Assembly (NCBI GenBank): GCA_002796245.1
Contig: PCWT01000048.1
Span: 5,790-69,789, forward strand
DNA: 64,000 bases
Source of the DNA: Gammaproteobacteria bacterium CG11_big_fil_rev_8_21_14_0_20_46_22
GTDB taxonomy: Bacteria; Pseudomonadota; Gammaproteobacteria; UBA12402
Reading direction: 5' to 3'
Shown here piece after piece: positions 19,601 through 28,682 of the stretch (positions within the stretch are counted from its first letter, which is position 1; each line of letters starts with the position of its first letter). The notes under the pieces were generated by a model. The model made no database searches and was not told where the DNA came from. It saw only the letters and a list, made by a program, of their open reading frames with translations. The translations under genes were made by a program, and so were the position numbers.

Positions 19601-21105
19601 CTGCGGCGATAAACCAAAAAATCTTTTGTTTGGTCGGACAAATAATAACCAGCCGCGAATTCACGGTACCTTGGAAAACGGCGCAGTATGTCATTGTAGT
19701 GTCGTTTCCTAAAGAAAATGATCAGTTTAGGGCGCGTACTTTCCAGGGAATCAAAAAACAAATTTTCGGCTTGCCTCACCCAGTAGTGCTGTCTAAGCGT
19801 CAACTTACCTTTAGCTTCAAGCTTTGGTATCGCCGGCATAAATAGCAGCGAGGGTGTTTTGATCGCTGAGTAAAGCCCAGGGTAATTGTTCCAAAGCACT
19901 TCATTTAAACCAATGTTCTCATCCGCCATCAACACAGCACCCTGCTCAACGTGCATTTTTTTGGGTATTTTCAATAAGCGTACATATACGCTTTTATTGC
20001 TGTTGGCTAAGAAAACACCGGTGTAGTTTACTTTTAGGATGACTGAAAGCACGACAGCTATCATAAAAAACAGACTAATAATCAGCATAACCGTTGATTT
20101 AAGCTCGCGCCCAAACGCAAAACCTTTCGCTTTTAAGTCGGCATAGTAATGTCCACAGGTTAAAAATAACATTGCCGTCATGAGAACAATAAAAGGATAA
20201 ATATGGTAATACCAGGCTTTGTGCTGAATAAAATATGCGCCCCATAAATAGCCTGCAGCTGCAATTAAGCAAACACGAGCAAACGGACCTTTTAGGTGGC
20301 GCAAAGCCACACAGGCGAAAAGGAACGCGGCTATCCAAGCGAGACAGGCATTGTAGGAAAGCAACAAAGTCCAACTCGCTTGCCAGAAAGGCAAATAGAG
20401 CGTTGTCACCAGCGGCAACATTTTCGTGTAGTACTCTGGTGTAAAATAAGCGATCAAAACCAGGTAAAGGCAGCCCAACACAAAAAAGCTAACCAGCTCG
20501 ACGCTCAAAAGCACCCGCAATCTTCTGGCGCGAACAGCCGCATAAAATTCAACCAACAATAAAGGCAGCAAAAAGTAAGGCTTAAGAAAAAAACCTAAGG
20601 CAGCAAAGCCAATCACAAGTCCTCGCATCAAGGGGCTTACACTTTTCCCCGTTAACGCGACCGAGCGCATACAAAAATACGGCACAGAAAAAACGATCGC
20701 GAAACATTCTCGCTCACCAAAAATCGTGCCGCTGAGCAAAAAATACCCCACACACAAACCCAAGATAATCGCCTGATATTCTTGAATCGACTTGAGCGAT
20801 TGCTTAATAAAGCGCGCCGAAAGCCACAAAGAGGCAAGGCCGACCAAGTAGTAAAAAAGCAAAAGACTCGCGTGCAAAGAGAGCTGAAAAAGTTTGCTCA
20901 GACCTATAATAAGAAAACCCAGCCAAAGGATTAAAGGTGGGTTCGTTTCAGCAAAGTCGTAATAGTAACGCCCGCCATGAAGCATACTCTGCCCACAATG
21001 CAAAAGCCAAGAAGCGTCCCAGTTCATTAAGCTGTAGGTTTGTATGAAAGTGCTCGCTATGACAATCAAGACGATCCAGGGCAAAATCCGCAATAGACTC
21101 ATCAC
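19594..21105 (-). CDS. GT-C-fold membrane glycosyltransferase (ArnT/PMT_2-like, GT39/GT83 type)
   Basis: The 503-aa product has about 11 predicted TM helices. The first loop carries YDFAETNPPLILW, which is close to the ArnT/PMT motif around EKPPL. Its start overlaps the GT2 stop by 4 nt. Confidence 0.6.
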   Translation of the reverse strand: MMSLLRILPWIVLIVIASTFIQTYSLMNWDASWLLHCGQSMLHGGRYYYDFAETNPPLILWLGFLIIGLSKLFQLSLHASLLLFYYLVGLASLWLSARFIKQSLKSIQEYQAIILGLCVGYFLLSGTIFGERECFAIVFSVPYFCMRSVALTGKSVSPLMRGLVIGFAALGFFLKPYFLLPLLLVEFYAAVRARRLRVLLSVELVSFFVLGCLYLVLIAYFTPEYYTKMLPLVTTLYLPFWQASWTLLLSYNACLAWIAAFLFACVALRHLKGPFARVCLIAAAGYLWGAYFIQHKAWYYHIYPFIVLMTAMLFLTCGHYYADLKAKGFAFGRELKSTVMLIISLFFMIAVVLSVILKVNYTGVFLANSNKSVYVRLLKIPKKMHVEQGAVLMADENIGLNEVLWNNYPGLYSAIKTPSLLFMPAIPKLEAKGKLTLRQHYWVRQAENLFFDSLESTRPKLIIFFRKRHYNDILRRFPRYREFAAGYYLSDQTKDFLVYRRRP

Positions 21106-21818
21106 CTAGGCCCAAACTTAAACATCACTAGCTTTAAAAAATGCGTAAAAAACTTAAGTATTTCACGAAAAGATAATTTACTTTTACCGTGCAAGCGATT
21201 ACCAAATTCAATGGGCACCTCCACGATCTTTGGTTTTTTAAGCTTAACCATTAGCTCAAGACCAATTTTGTAACCAATCGGGCTTAGGGTATTTTTCACA
21301 GCGGCATAGTCACTCTGACGCAAAGCAAAGAAACCCGACAAAGGATCATTAATGCGCACAAGACAACGGCCCAACTGTTTGGCAACCCAAGCATTAATAT
21401 GCCTTAGTCCGCTCCACTGTTCGTCGATTTTGGCTGAATGCACATAGCGGGAACCCAAAACCATATCCGCCCTTTCAAGTACCTCAACCAGTGCCGGAAT
21501 TTTCTCTGGCGGGTGAGAAAGATCAGCGTCCATGCACAACAGGATATCACCCAAGGCTTGATTAAAACCTTCAATCACAGAAAGGCTTAAGCTTCGATTC
21601 GCTTTTCGTACCTTAAGCTTTAACCAGGGATATTGTGCTTGTAATGATGCAACAATAACTTGTGTGTCATCCCCCGAGTCATCGTCAACCAAGATCACTT
21701 CAAAGACTGAAAACTCAGGAGCAATACTTGCCAAACGCTCACACAACGGCGAAATATTCTCTGCCTCTTGATAGCAAGGAATAATGACGGAGAGTCGCTG
21801 TTGCTTTAAATTTTTCAT
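21102..21818 (-). CDS. GT2-family polyprenol-phosphate glycosyltransferase (ArnC/DPM1-like)
   Basis: LSVIIPCYQEAENI...VILVDDDSGDDT is the GT-A DxD signature. The 238-aa size matches the ArnC/Dpm1 family. Confidence 0.8.
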   Translation of the reverse strand: MKNLKQQRLSVIIPCYQEAENISPLCERLASIAPEFSVFEVILVDDDSGDDTQVIVASLQAQYPWLKLKVRKANRSLSLSVIEGFNQALGDILLCMDADLSHPPEKIPALVEVLERADMVLGSRYVHSAKIDEQWSGLRHINAWVAKQLGRCLVRINDPLSGFFALRQSDYAAVKNTLSPIGYKIGLELMVKLKKPKIVEVPIEFGNRLHGKSKLSFREILKFFTHFLKLVMFKFGPR

Positions 21819-21840
21819 GGATACACACTAGCCTAAAAAT

Positions 21841-23202
21841 TTAGGATGATCCAGCGCTTATTAACATAAGAAACAAATACCACCAAGGATGATTTTTAGA
21901 CCGTGTGGCAATCATGTCCGCGTTTAAACGCACGATGATCCAATCAAAAATATAAACCGCTCGAATAAACCCCGGGTAGTCCTCCAAGCTTAAGCCGCCA
22001 GCGTTTAAAAAATGATTTAAATCATCTTGATAAATCAAGCTGCGCTCGTAACGAAAGCGTGTCGAGAATGCTTCAAGTTTTCCAGGCGCAATCAAAAACC
22101 CTTTCCTGTCAACGAGCCGAACCAAAGACGACCATGCCTGGGCTAAGTGTGTTTGAACAAAGGGCTGGGCCTTAGGAAATAATTGCTGGGTGTAGACAAG
22201 GTATAATGGCTGAAGTTTCGATAAGGGCGCTTTTTTAAGCAGCCCTTCACACTCATCAACCAATGATTGATGCACGAGATAATGCTTGGATGATGCTTTA
22301 AAGTGCTCAATGGCTTGGAGCAGCTCATCTGCCTCATTTGCACGCCCATCGTTTACATTGCTTAAAATCAACCATGCTCTAGCTAAATACTGCCAAGCCT
22401 TTTCAGCCTCAAGAACGTGCTCTTTCGCCCAATAGCTTATATGAAATTCTGCGGGCATTGCAGGGTGCTTAATCGACAGGCCCTGTGTCGCAGACAGCAA
22501 AGACAAGGTGGTCATCGCCTGAGTCATTACAGGCTTTTGAGTTTTTCTGCTCTGCTCAATATCCCCTTTTGCTAAAGTTTTGAGTAATAAAATAGCATCC
22601 TCACGTTTAAAGTCTTTAACGCCTGCTTTAAGATATTTTTTGGCTTGAGCTTTGAGCTCAGAATCACGCATTAAGCGAAGTATTTGTGCGGGTTTTCTAT
22701 CTAAGAAAGCTAACGCTTGAGTTGCGTTAATTAGTGCTCTTGAAAGCGCTGGCGATACGTTTTTTTTCGCACATTGTTCTTCAAGGTCATAACGCAAATT
22801 AACCAAGGCGATGGTGTGGGGCGTATACTGCTCATCGTGCAATAAAGCGACCTCGTCATCTCCCGTGAGCCTACCATCGTAAAAATCTTCAAAAATTCGT
22901 CCAACGCCTTTCATGCCGAAATCGCAAAGCTCGGCGGCACGCAGAGCACCCATGCTCGCGGCACCATAGACAGGAATGCCTTGGCCCATCACCCACAAAA
23001 TTTCTTTGTGCCACACACTGGCTTGCTCATAAAAATAGCCGTCGATAATCGCGATCGCTTTCGGTTTTAATCGAGCCGCTGATAACAAATCACCACAACG
23101 CACCGGTGGAAAACACAACGCACAATCTAGTATGGCTTCAACGTCTTGGTGTGCAATACTGGGCCCTGAAAAAACAATAATGTTATCGCTCAGCAAACTC
23201 AT
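21841..23202 (-). CDS. tfuA: TfuA-like protein, second paralog, with a long C-terminal extension
   Basis: [45 protein letters not shown]. It is about 50% identical to the first TfuA over the domain. The ATG chosen here lies 2 nt after the ycaO-2 stop; the track ORF runs further up to 23256. Confidence 0.75.
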   Translation of the reverse strand: MSLLSDNIIVFSGPSIAHQDVEAILDCALCFPPVRCGDLLSAARLKPKAIAIIDGYFYEQASVWHKEILWVMGQGIPVYGAASMGALRAAELCDFGMKGVGRIFEDFYDGRLTGDDEVALLHDEQYTPHTIALVNLRYDLEEQCAKKNVSPALSRALINATQALAFLDRKPAQILRLMRDSELKAQAKKYLKAGVKDFKREDAILLLKTLAKGDIEQSRKTQKPVMTQAMTTLSLLSATQGLSIKHPAMPAEFHISYWAKEHVLEAEKAWQYLARAWLILSNVNDGRANEADELLQAIEHFKASSKHYLVHQSLVDECEGLLKKAPLSKLQPLYLVYTQQLFPKAQPFVQTHLAQAWSSLVRLVDRKGFLIAPGKLEAFSTRFRYERSLIYQDDLNHFLNAGGLSLEDYPGFIRAVYIFDWIIVRLNADMIATRSKNHPWWYLFLMLISAGSS

Positions 23203-23204
23203 TT

Positions 23205-24314
23205 TTAACGCTGGCTCCCAAAAACAAAACCCGGTATTAAGACACTGACAACCCAAATGCCCAAAGCATCAAGCTGCCGATTCATAAAGATCAACTCGTC
23301 AAAACCAGCTTTAGACAGCAACGTCGTTAGCTCAGAAAAGCCGGCCTCATCTTGAGAGAAACCCTGTGTTTCTTCGATAGACTGAAAGGACAAGGTGCCA
23401 AGCTGTGAAACCGCTTGACCACCCTGAACTGCTTGAAAGCCTTTTTGATAATAGTGAGGGAAAATATCATCGCGGCTACCACTGGTGATCGCAACCTTTG
23501 CTTGAATCGCTTCTGTCAGGGATCGCATAAGCGCGTGATTTCGAGTAAAACTTGCACCACTACCCGAAAAACAATCCTGTCGCCCTAAGCCTTCAGAACT
23601 TATCGTACAATAAAAGCTTGGCACCCCGGCTATGCAGTGAATATCCCAAACACGAACCTGAAAGCCTTTAGAAGCACATCGGTTTATCCAATGACATAAA
23701 GCGGGATCATCAATGGTGCTAATATCAAGCTCATATTGTCTTTGTAATTTAGGTAGGCGAGCATTCCACGCCGTAAGCGCATGGCGCTCAATGGCTTCAA
23801 ACATGGCATGGCAGGCGGCAAAGTACCGTGTTTCACCACCACCCATTCCATTACTGCTGATGTGAAAATAACTAAAATCAGACCGCTCAACACTAGAGTC
23901 TATATCAAACACATTTTGGGGCACAAAAAGAGCTTGTGTGTTTTTTCGATGAAGGCGCTCAGCCAAAACCCAAGCGAGAGGTTGATCATGAATATTACAG
24001 AGAAAAGCACTCTGGCAAAATAAAGCTGGATCGACCAAGGCATGTTCATCTTTTAGCGCATTGTAAGCCCCATGAAGCAAGGCTTTGGGAGGGTTCTCTA
24101 AGCAATCGCTCTCAACAGCCTCCATCAATGCGGACAATTTCGCTTGTTCAGCTGTTTGCCCTTTTCCCAAAGCTACCGATAAATGCTTCGCTTGTGGGCG
24201 TATGGCTGAAAAAACGGGCAGACCGATAGGGTCTAGGCGGGTCAAGTCAGCCAGCCTTGTTACACCAAACGTTTGCCTTTGCTCAAGCAACTTTGTTAAA
24301 CAAGGCTGGCTCAA
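23205..24314 (-). CDS. ycaO: YcaO-domain protein of the TfuA-associated type, second paralog (TTG start)
   Basis: GVTRLADLTRLDPIGLPVFSAIRP and overall collinearity with YcaO-1. The N-terminus is about 15 aa shorter than YcaO-1. The start codon is TTG. Confidence 0.75.
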   Translation of the reverse strand: MSQPCLTKLLEQRQTFGVTRLADLTRLDPIGLPVFSAIRPQAKHLSVALGKGQTAEQAKLSALMEAVESDCLENPPKALLHGAYNALKDEHALVDPALFCQSAFLCNIHDQPLAWVLAERLHRKNTQALFVPQNVFDIDSSVERSDFSYFHISSNGMGGGETRYFAACHAMFEAIERHALTAWNARLPKLQRQYELDISTIDDPALCHWINRCASKGFQVRVWDIHCIAGVPSFYCTISSEGLGRQDCFSGSGASFTRNHALMRSLTEAIQAKVAITSGSRDDIFPHYYQKGFQAVQGGQAVSQLGTLSFQSIEETQGFSQDEAGFSELTTLLSKAGFDELIFMNRQLDALGIWVVSVLIPGFVFGSQR

Positions 24315-24322
24315 AATAGTGA

Positions 24323-24445
24323 TTAGCTCAATTGATCCACTAAATCATTACTGGTAAAGACAGGACCAATAACGGGCGTACTAAAATGCACGACATCCTC
24401 TGCTAGATCTTGTGTTAATGCGCAATTAAACGATTGTGTTTTCAT
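24323..24445 (-). CDS. Unannotated 40-codon ORF (MKTQSFNCALTQDLAEDVVHFSTPVIGPVFTSNDLVDQLS) directly upstream of ycaO-2; candidate precursor peptide
   Basis: ATG preceded by AAGGAG at 8-nt spacing. Its stop lies 8 nt before the ycaO-2 start. It is absent from the ORF track only because it falls below the 60-aa cutoff. No homology is recognised. Confidence 0.3.
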   Translation of the reverse strand: MKTQSFNCALTQDLAEDVVHFSTPVIGPVFTSNDLVDQLS

Positions 24446-24520
24446 GGGATAAACTCCTTTAGTATAGAACCGTATTATTTTTATGCGCGTATTCTAGCAA
24501 AAACCCGATGAAAATCGCAA

Positions 24521-25891
24521 TCATTCCTCTAACTTTTTAGCTGAAACACGAATAGCGCCTCGCAACAAAGGGGAAGCCTCACAAAATGGCATACCCTCAA
24601 AACCAGCAAGCACCGATTTTAAATTAGCATCGCTATCAGGCAAATGTGACGTTGATAAGATACTACCGTCGCTCGACGCTTCAAAGTGAAAACCCTTAAA
24701 TGCCGTATTCGCGATTTTTTGAATCATATCAGTCGTTTTAATACCCAGCGAATCATCCATAAACTCAGCCTGTGTTTTACGCAAAATATACATCAAGTTT
24801 TCCATGTCATTGAGCTTGCTGGTCGTTTTTTTTGAACGCGGGTAAAACTCAAGCAGTGTTGGATAGGCCAAGCTGTAATAAATTGGATTATCCGGCGCGT
24901 CAGAAAATACATTAAGATAATCTTGGTAAGCAAACGTTGGCGCATAACGCAAGCCATAGACATCAACAAAAATTTTACTGAGCATATCAACCGGGCCTGG
25001 CTCGTTTTGTGTTGCGATACGAAAGCCCGTGGCACTGCCCAAGGCCAGCTGATAGATATGGCTAATCGTATCCAACAAGTACGGGTTCTGCTTCAAGTTT
25101 TTTTGATTGATGATGCACGAATAAGCATAATCAAAGACCACCTGATTTCGTAATCCTGACGTTTTATTTAAAACCACGCTGGCTAAGTACTCACGAAACA
25201 AGCGCCATTTAAATTCTTTTTTCTCTTTTAACCAATCTTCGCTAAAAAACAACACATCAACAGTCCAAGCGGGCGAGAGTGTTTGCTTAGTCATGATTTC
25301 ATGAAAAATGCGATATTGATCCGCCAGATCAATGGGCGGGTCACCTTTAAGTGCAAACGTACGCTGTAATTTTCTAAAGTAGGTTTTATCAGAAAATTTT
25401 GACAGAAGAAAAAAACTTCTAGCGCCGGCAGAGATGGTCCATACCTTACCTAAGTGCGCAGAGCTTTTAACATCTAAGGCGGTCCATAAAGCAAAAATGG
25501 ACCCTGCTTTCATGTATTGAAAAGGGGTTGCTTGGCCGCCTTCTAACTCAATAAACAGCTCCAAGGAGTGATCAAGCACGACACCCATTGGCATCGCGTG
25601 CGTATACGATAAGGCTTTAGCGTAGTGTGGATCCAGACTGGGATCATTCAATGACACAACCCCACCTCTAGTGCGAGGCAAATTAAGCTGGCCTTTATCC
25701 AGAATAGCCTCGCCCCAACGGTATCTTGCTTTGTAGAGTTTATAATCGTCAGAAGGCGATAACTCATCAATGGCATTTGCAAGTTCAGGGTTCGCTTGCT
25801 TAACAAGCGTTCGCGCTTCTTTCCATGTTAAGACATCAACCGCGAGTGTATTATTTGAATCCGTCATAGGATAATGCCGCTTCCTTTTCAC
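24521..25891 (-). CDS. Hypothetical 456-aa protein, no recognisable family
   Basis: A long ORF with its start immediately upstream of the small ORF. It has no motifs I recognise and no signal peptide. Confidence 0.5.
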   Translation of the reverse strand: MKRKRHYPMTDSNNTLAVDVLTWKEARTLVKQANPELANAIDELSPSDDYKLYKARYRWGEAILDKGQLNLPRTRGGVVSLNDPSLDPHYAKALSYTHAMPMGVVLDHSLELFIELEGGQATPFQYMKAGSIFALWTALDVKSSAHLGKVWTISAGARSFFLLSKFSDKTYFRKLQRTFALKGDPPIDLADQYRIFHEIMTKQTLSPAWTVDVLFFSEDWLKEKKEFKWRLFREYLASVVLNKTSGLRNQVVFDYAYSCIINQKNLKQNPYLLDTISHIYQLALGSATGFRIATQNEPGPVDMLSKIFVDVYGLRYAPTFAYQDYLNVFSDAPDNPIYYSLAYPTLLEFYPRSKKTTSKLNDMENLMYILRKTQAEFMDDSLGIKTTDMIQKIANTAFKGFHFEASSDGSILSTSHLPDSDANLKSVLAGFEGMPFCEASPLLRGAIRVSAKKLEE

Positions 25892-25987
25892 ACGACATTC
25901 TGACAGTTTTTTAAAGCCCTGCCAATCTCAGTTGAAGGTTTCAAGAAGGCCGTAAAACCTTCCCTGGCGGCTCTTGGCGTAGAGAAA

Positions 25988-27409
25988 CTACTCAACCTTA
26001 TGGATCACAAGGCTATTGGTGCCACCATCAACACCCAGTGTTGCGCCACGCGTTACAATGACACGATCACCAACCTGAAGTCGCCCCATGTTTTTTAAAT
26101 GTGCGATAGCTTCATTCAATGGATTGCGATGCTCATCCAAAGACAGGTCGAAGAAAATCGGGAAAACATCGCGATACAGCGCCATTTTGCGCTGAGACCC
26201 AATATTGCGAGTCAGGGCAAAAATCGGTGTACCCGTGCGGATACGAGACATCCAGCGCGGCGTTGAACCGGACTCGGTGAGCGCAACAATGGCTGCGACA
26301 TCCAAATGGTTAGCAACATAGGTTGCTGCCATCGCGATAGCTTCATCCACTCGCTCAAAGTGGCATTCAACACGATGACCGGAGACTTTTGTTTCGGGTT
26401 GACGCTCAACCGCATCACAAATACGGGTCATAGCAGCAACCACTTTAACCGGATGTTTGCCTACAGCGCTCTCTGCTGAAAGCATAATGGCATCTGTATT
26501 ATCTAAAACCGCATTGGCCACATCCGAAACCTCAGCACGCGTAGGTACCGTGCTTTCAATCATAGACTCCATCATTTGCGTGGCTGTGATGGCAAGCCTG
26601 TCAAACTTACGCGCGCGACGAATAATTTTCTTTTGCACCGCGGGCACTTCCGCATCACCGATTTCAACGGCCAAGTCCCCGCGCGCGACCATGACGGCAT
26701 CAGAAGCCTTAATAATCTCGTCGAGATTTTCAACCGCTTCGGTACGCTCAATTTTTGCAACGATGTGCGCATCACCGTTGGCTTTTCGAATTAACTCGCG
26801 CGCTTCTTCAATATCACTGGCATCACGCGGAAATGACACGGCGATATAATCTGCACCCAGCCCTATCGCCGTAACGAGGTCTGCTTTATCTTTATCCGTG
26901 AGTGCTTTTGCTGATAGGCCGCCGCCTTGTCGGTTAATGCCTTTATTGTTGGAAAGCTTGCCGCCCACCTCGACACAACACGCTATACGTGTTCCCTCAA
27001 CGCGCTCAACATTCAGGGTTAGGCGACCATCATCCAGCAATAAAACATCACCCGGGCTGACATCATTGGCCAAAGTTTTATAGTCCACACTCACGCAGCT
27101 GTCATCGCCGGCATTTTCATCTAAGGCGGCGTCAAGTACAAAGCGTTGACCTGCAGTCAACTCAACCGAACCGTTTTTAAAACGAGAAACACGAATCTTA
27201 GGCCCTTGTAAGTCGGCCATGATCGCCACTTCACGACCAAGTCTGTCAGAAGCTTGCCGTACCAAAGAAAAACGCTTGGCGTGCTCTTCTCTACTGCCGT
27301 GGGAAAAATTCACACGAAAGACGTCCGCACCGGCGTTCATCACACCGAGCAGACTGTCTAGGGAGTCAAGAGATGGGCCGAGCGTAACAATGATTTTTGT
27401 GCGCTTCAT
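25988..27409 (-). CDS. pyk: Pyruvate kinase
   Basis: MKRTKIIVTLGPS...FRVNFSHG...MADLQGPKIRV. Confidence 0.93.
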   Translation of the reverse strand: MKRTKIIVTLGPSLDSLDSLLGVMNAGADVFRVNFSHGSREEHAKRFSLVRQASDRLGREVAIMADLQGPKIRVSRFKNGSVELTAGQRFVLDAALDENAGDDSCVSVDYKTLANDVSPGDVLLLDDGRLTLNVERVEGTRIACCVEVGGKLSNNKGINRQGGGLSAKALTDKDKADLVTAIGLGADYIAVSFPRDASDIEEARELIRKANGDAHIVAKIERTEAVENLDEIIKASDAVMVARGDLAVEIGDAEVPAVQKKIIRRARKFDRLAITATQMMESMIESTVPTRAEVSDVANAVLDNTDAIMLSAESAVGKHPVKVVAAMTRICDAVERQPETKVSGHRVECHFERVDEAIAMAATYVANHLDVAAIVALTESGSTPRWMSRIRTGTPIFALTRNIGSQRKMALYRDVFPIFFDLSLDEHRNPLNEAIAHLKNMGRLQVGDRVIVTRGATLGVDGGTNSLVIHKVE

Positions 27410-27434
27410 GATCGGCCTCCTGGCACCAGAAAAC

Positions 27435-28628
27435 TTAAGCTTTTGCGTTCAGTGCTTCTATGGCAGGGAGTGTTCCCGCTTCAATAAATGCAAGAAATGC
27501 CCCACCGCCCGTTGAAATATAATCAATCTTATCGGCAATATCATATTTCTCAATGGCCACCAAGGTATCGCCGCCGCCGGCCACGCTGTAAGCTTTTGAC
27601 CCAGCAATGGCTTTCGCTAAACACTCCGTGCCGAATGAAAACTGATCGATTTCAAACGCGCCCACAGGGCCATTCCATAAAATAGTGCCGGCTTCTTTCA
27701 TCAAACCCGCATACGTTTTAGCGGTATCAGAACCGACATCAAAAATCTTTTCACCTTCACCAATTTGACCGATGCTTTCTTCAAAGGCTTCTGCATCGTT
27801 TCGCATTTTCTCAGCAACCACCACATCAGTCGGCAAGGGCAGCTTGGCATTTCTTGCCATCATCTTTTCTTTCACCGTTTCTGCAGCGTCGAGAAGCTCT
27901 TCTTCATACAGAGAATCGCCGATATCATAGCCTTCCGCGGCTAAAAACGTATTCGCGATACCGCCACCGACAATCAAAGTATCGACCTTGTCAGCCAAGG
28001 ACTCAAGAAGCTTCAATTTTGTTGAAACCTTTGAACCACCCACAACAGCAATTAGCGGGCGCTTAGGTTCATGCAGCACTTTTTTTAGGGCTTCAATTTC
28101 TTTCGTGAGCAAAGGCCCTGCGCAAGCCACGGAAGCAAATTTTGCCACACCCACTGTTGAGGCCTCAACACGGTGCGCCGTGGCAAAGGCGTCCATCACA
28201 AACACATCACACAAATTTGCGAGCTTTTGTGAAAGCTCGGCATCGTTGGCGCGTTCACCATAATTAAAACGGACATTTTCAAACAACACAACTTCGCCTT
28301 CGCCAAGATCAAAAGGTTTATCGAGATAATCTTGAATTAAGCGGACCTCTTGCCCTAGAAGCTCGCCTAGACGAACAGCAACGGGTGCCAAAGAAAACTC
28401 ATCAGGCGTGGCGCCTTCTGCAGGACGACCCAAGTGAGACATAACCATGACACGAGCATTAGCCTTGATAGCTGTTTTGATCGCGGGTAATGCTGCCTTA
28501 ATGCGTGCATCACTAACAATTTGCCCATCTTTCATGGGTACGTTTAAGTCTTCGCGCAATAAAACGCGTTTATGTTTGATATCGACATCGGCTAACGTCA
28601 GCACGAACTTCTCCCTTATGTGTCGCAA
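27435..28628 (-). CDS. pgk: Phosphoglycerate kinase
   Basis: Overall similarity to Pgk, including MSHLGRP and GGGA motifs. Confidence 0.95.
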   Translation of the reverse strand: MRHIREKFVLTLADVDIKHKRVLLREDLNVPMKDGQIVSDARIKAALPAIKTAIKANARVMVMSHLGRPAEGATPDEFSLAPVAVRLGELLGQEVRLIQDYLDKPFDLGEGEVVLFENVRFNYGERANDAELSQKLANLCDVFVMDAFATAHRVEASTVGVAKFASVACAGPLLTKEIEALKKVLHEPKRPLIAVVGGSKVSTKLKLLESLADKVDTLIVGGGIANTFLAAEGYDIGDSLYEEELLDAAETVKEKMMARNAKLPLPTDVVVAEKMRNDAEAFEESIGQIGEGEKIFDVGSDTAKTYAGLMKEAGTILWNGPVGAFEIDQFSFGTECLAKAIAGSKAYSVAGGGDTLVAIEKYDIADKIDYISTGGGAFLAFIEAGTLPAIEALNAKA

Positions 28629-28682
28629 TGTTAAGGCATTCTGCCGGGTTTCTTTGGGCGATGCAACACGTCGGAAAAGGTT

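Noticed and set aside
24314-24445. Possibility that the 40-codon ORF is really the frameshifted N-terminus of YcaO-2, whose TTG-start N-terminus is about 15 aa shorter than YcaO-1.
   Set aside because: The two frames differ. The mini-ORF sequence shows no similarity to the conserved YcaO N-terminal GT(H/L)R...PEET motif seen in YcaO-1. It has its own strong Shine-Dalgarno sequence and a clean stop. I kept it as a separate ORF but flagged the alternative.
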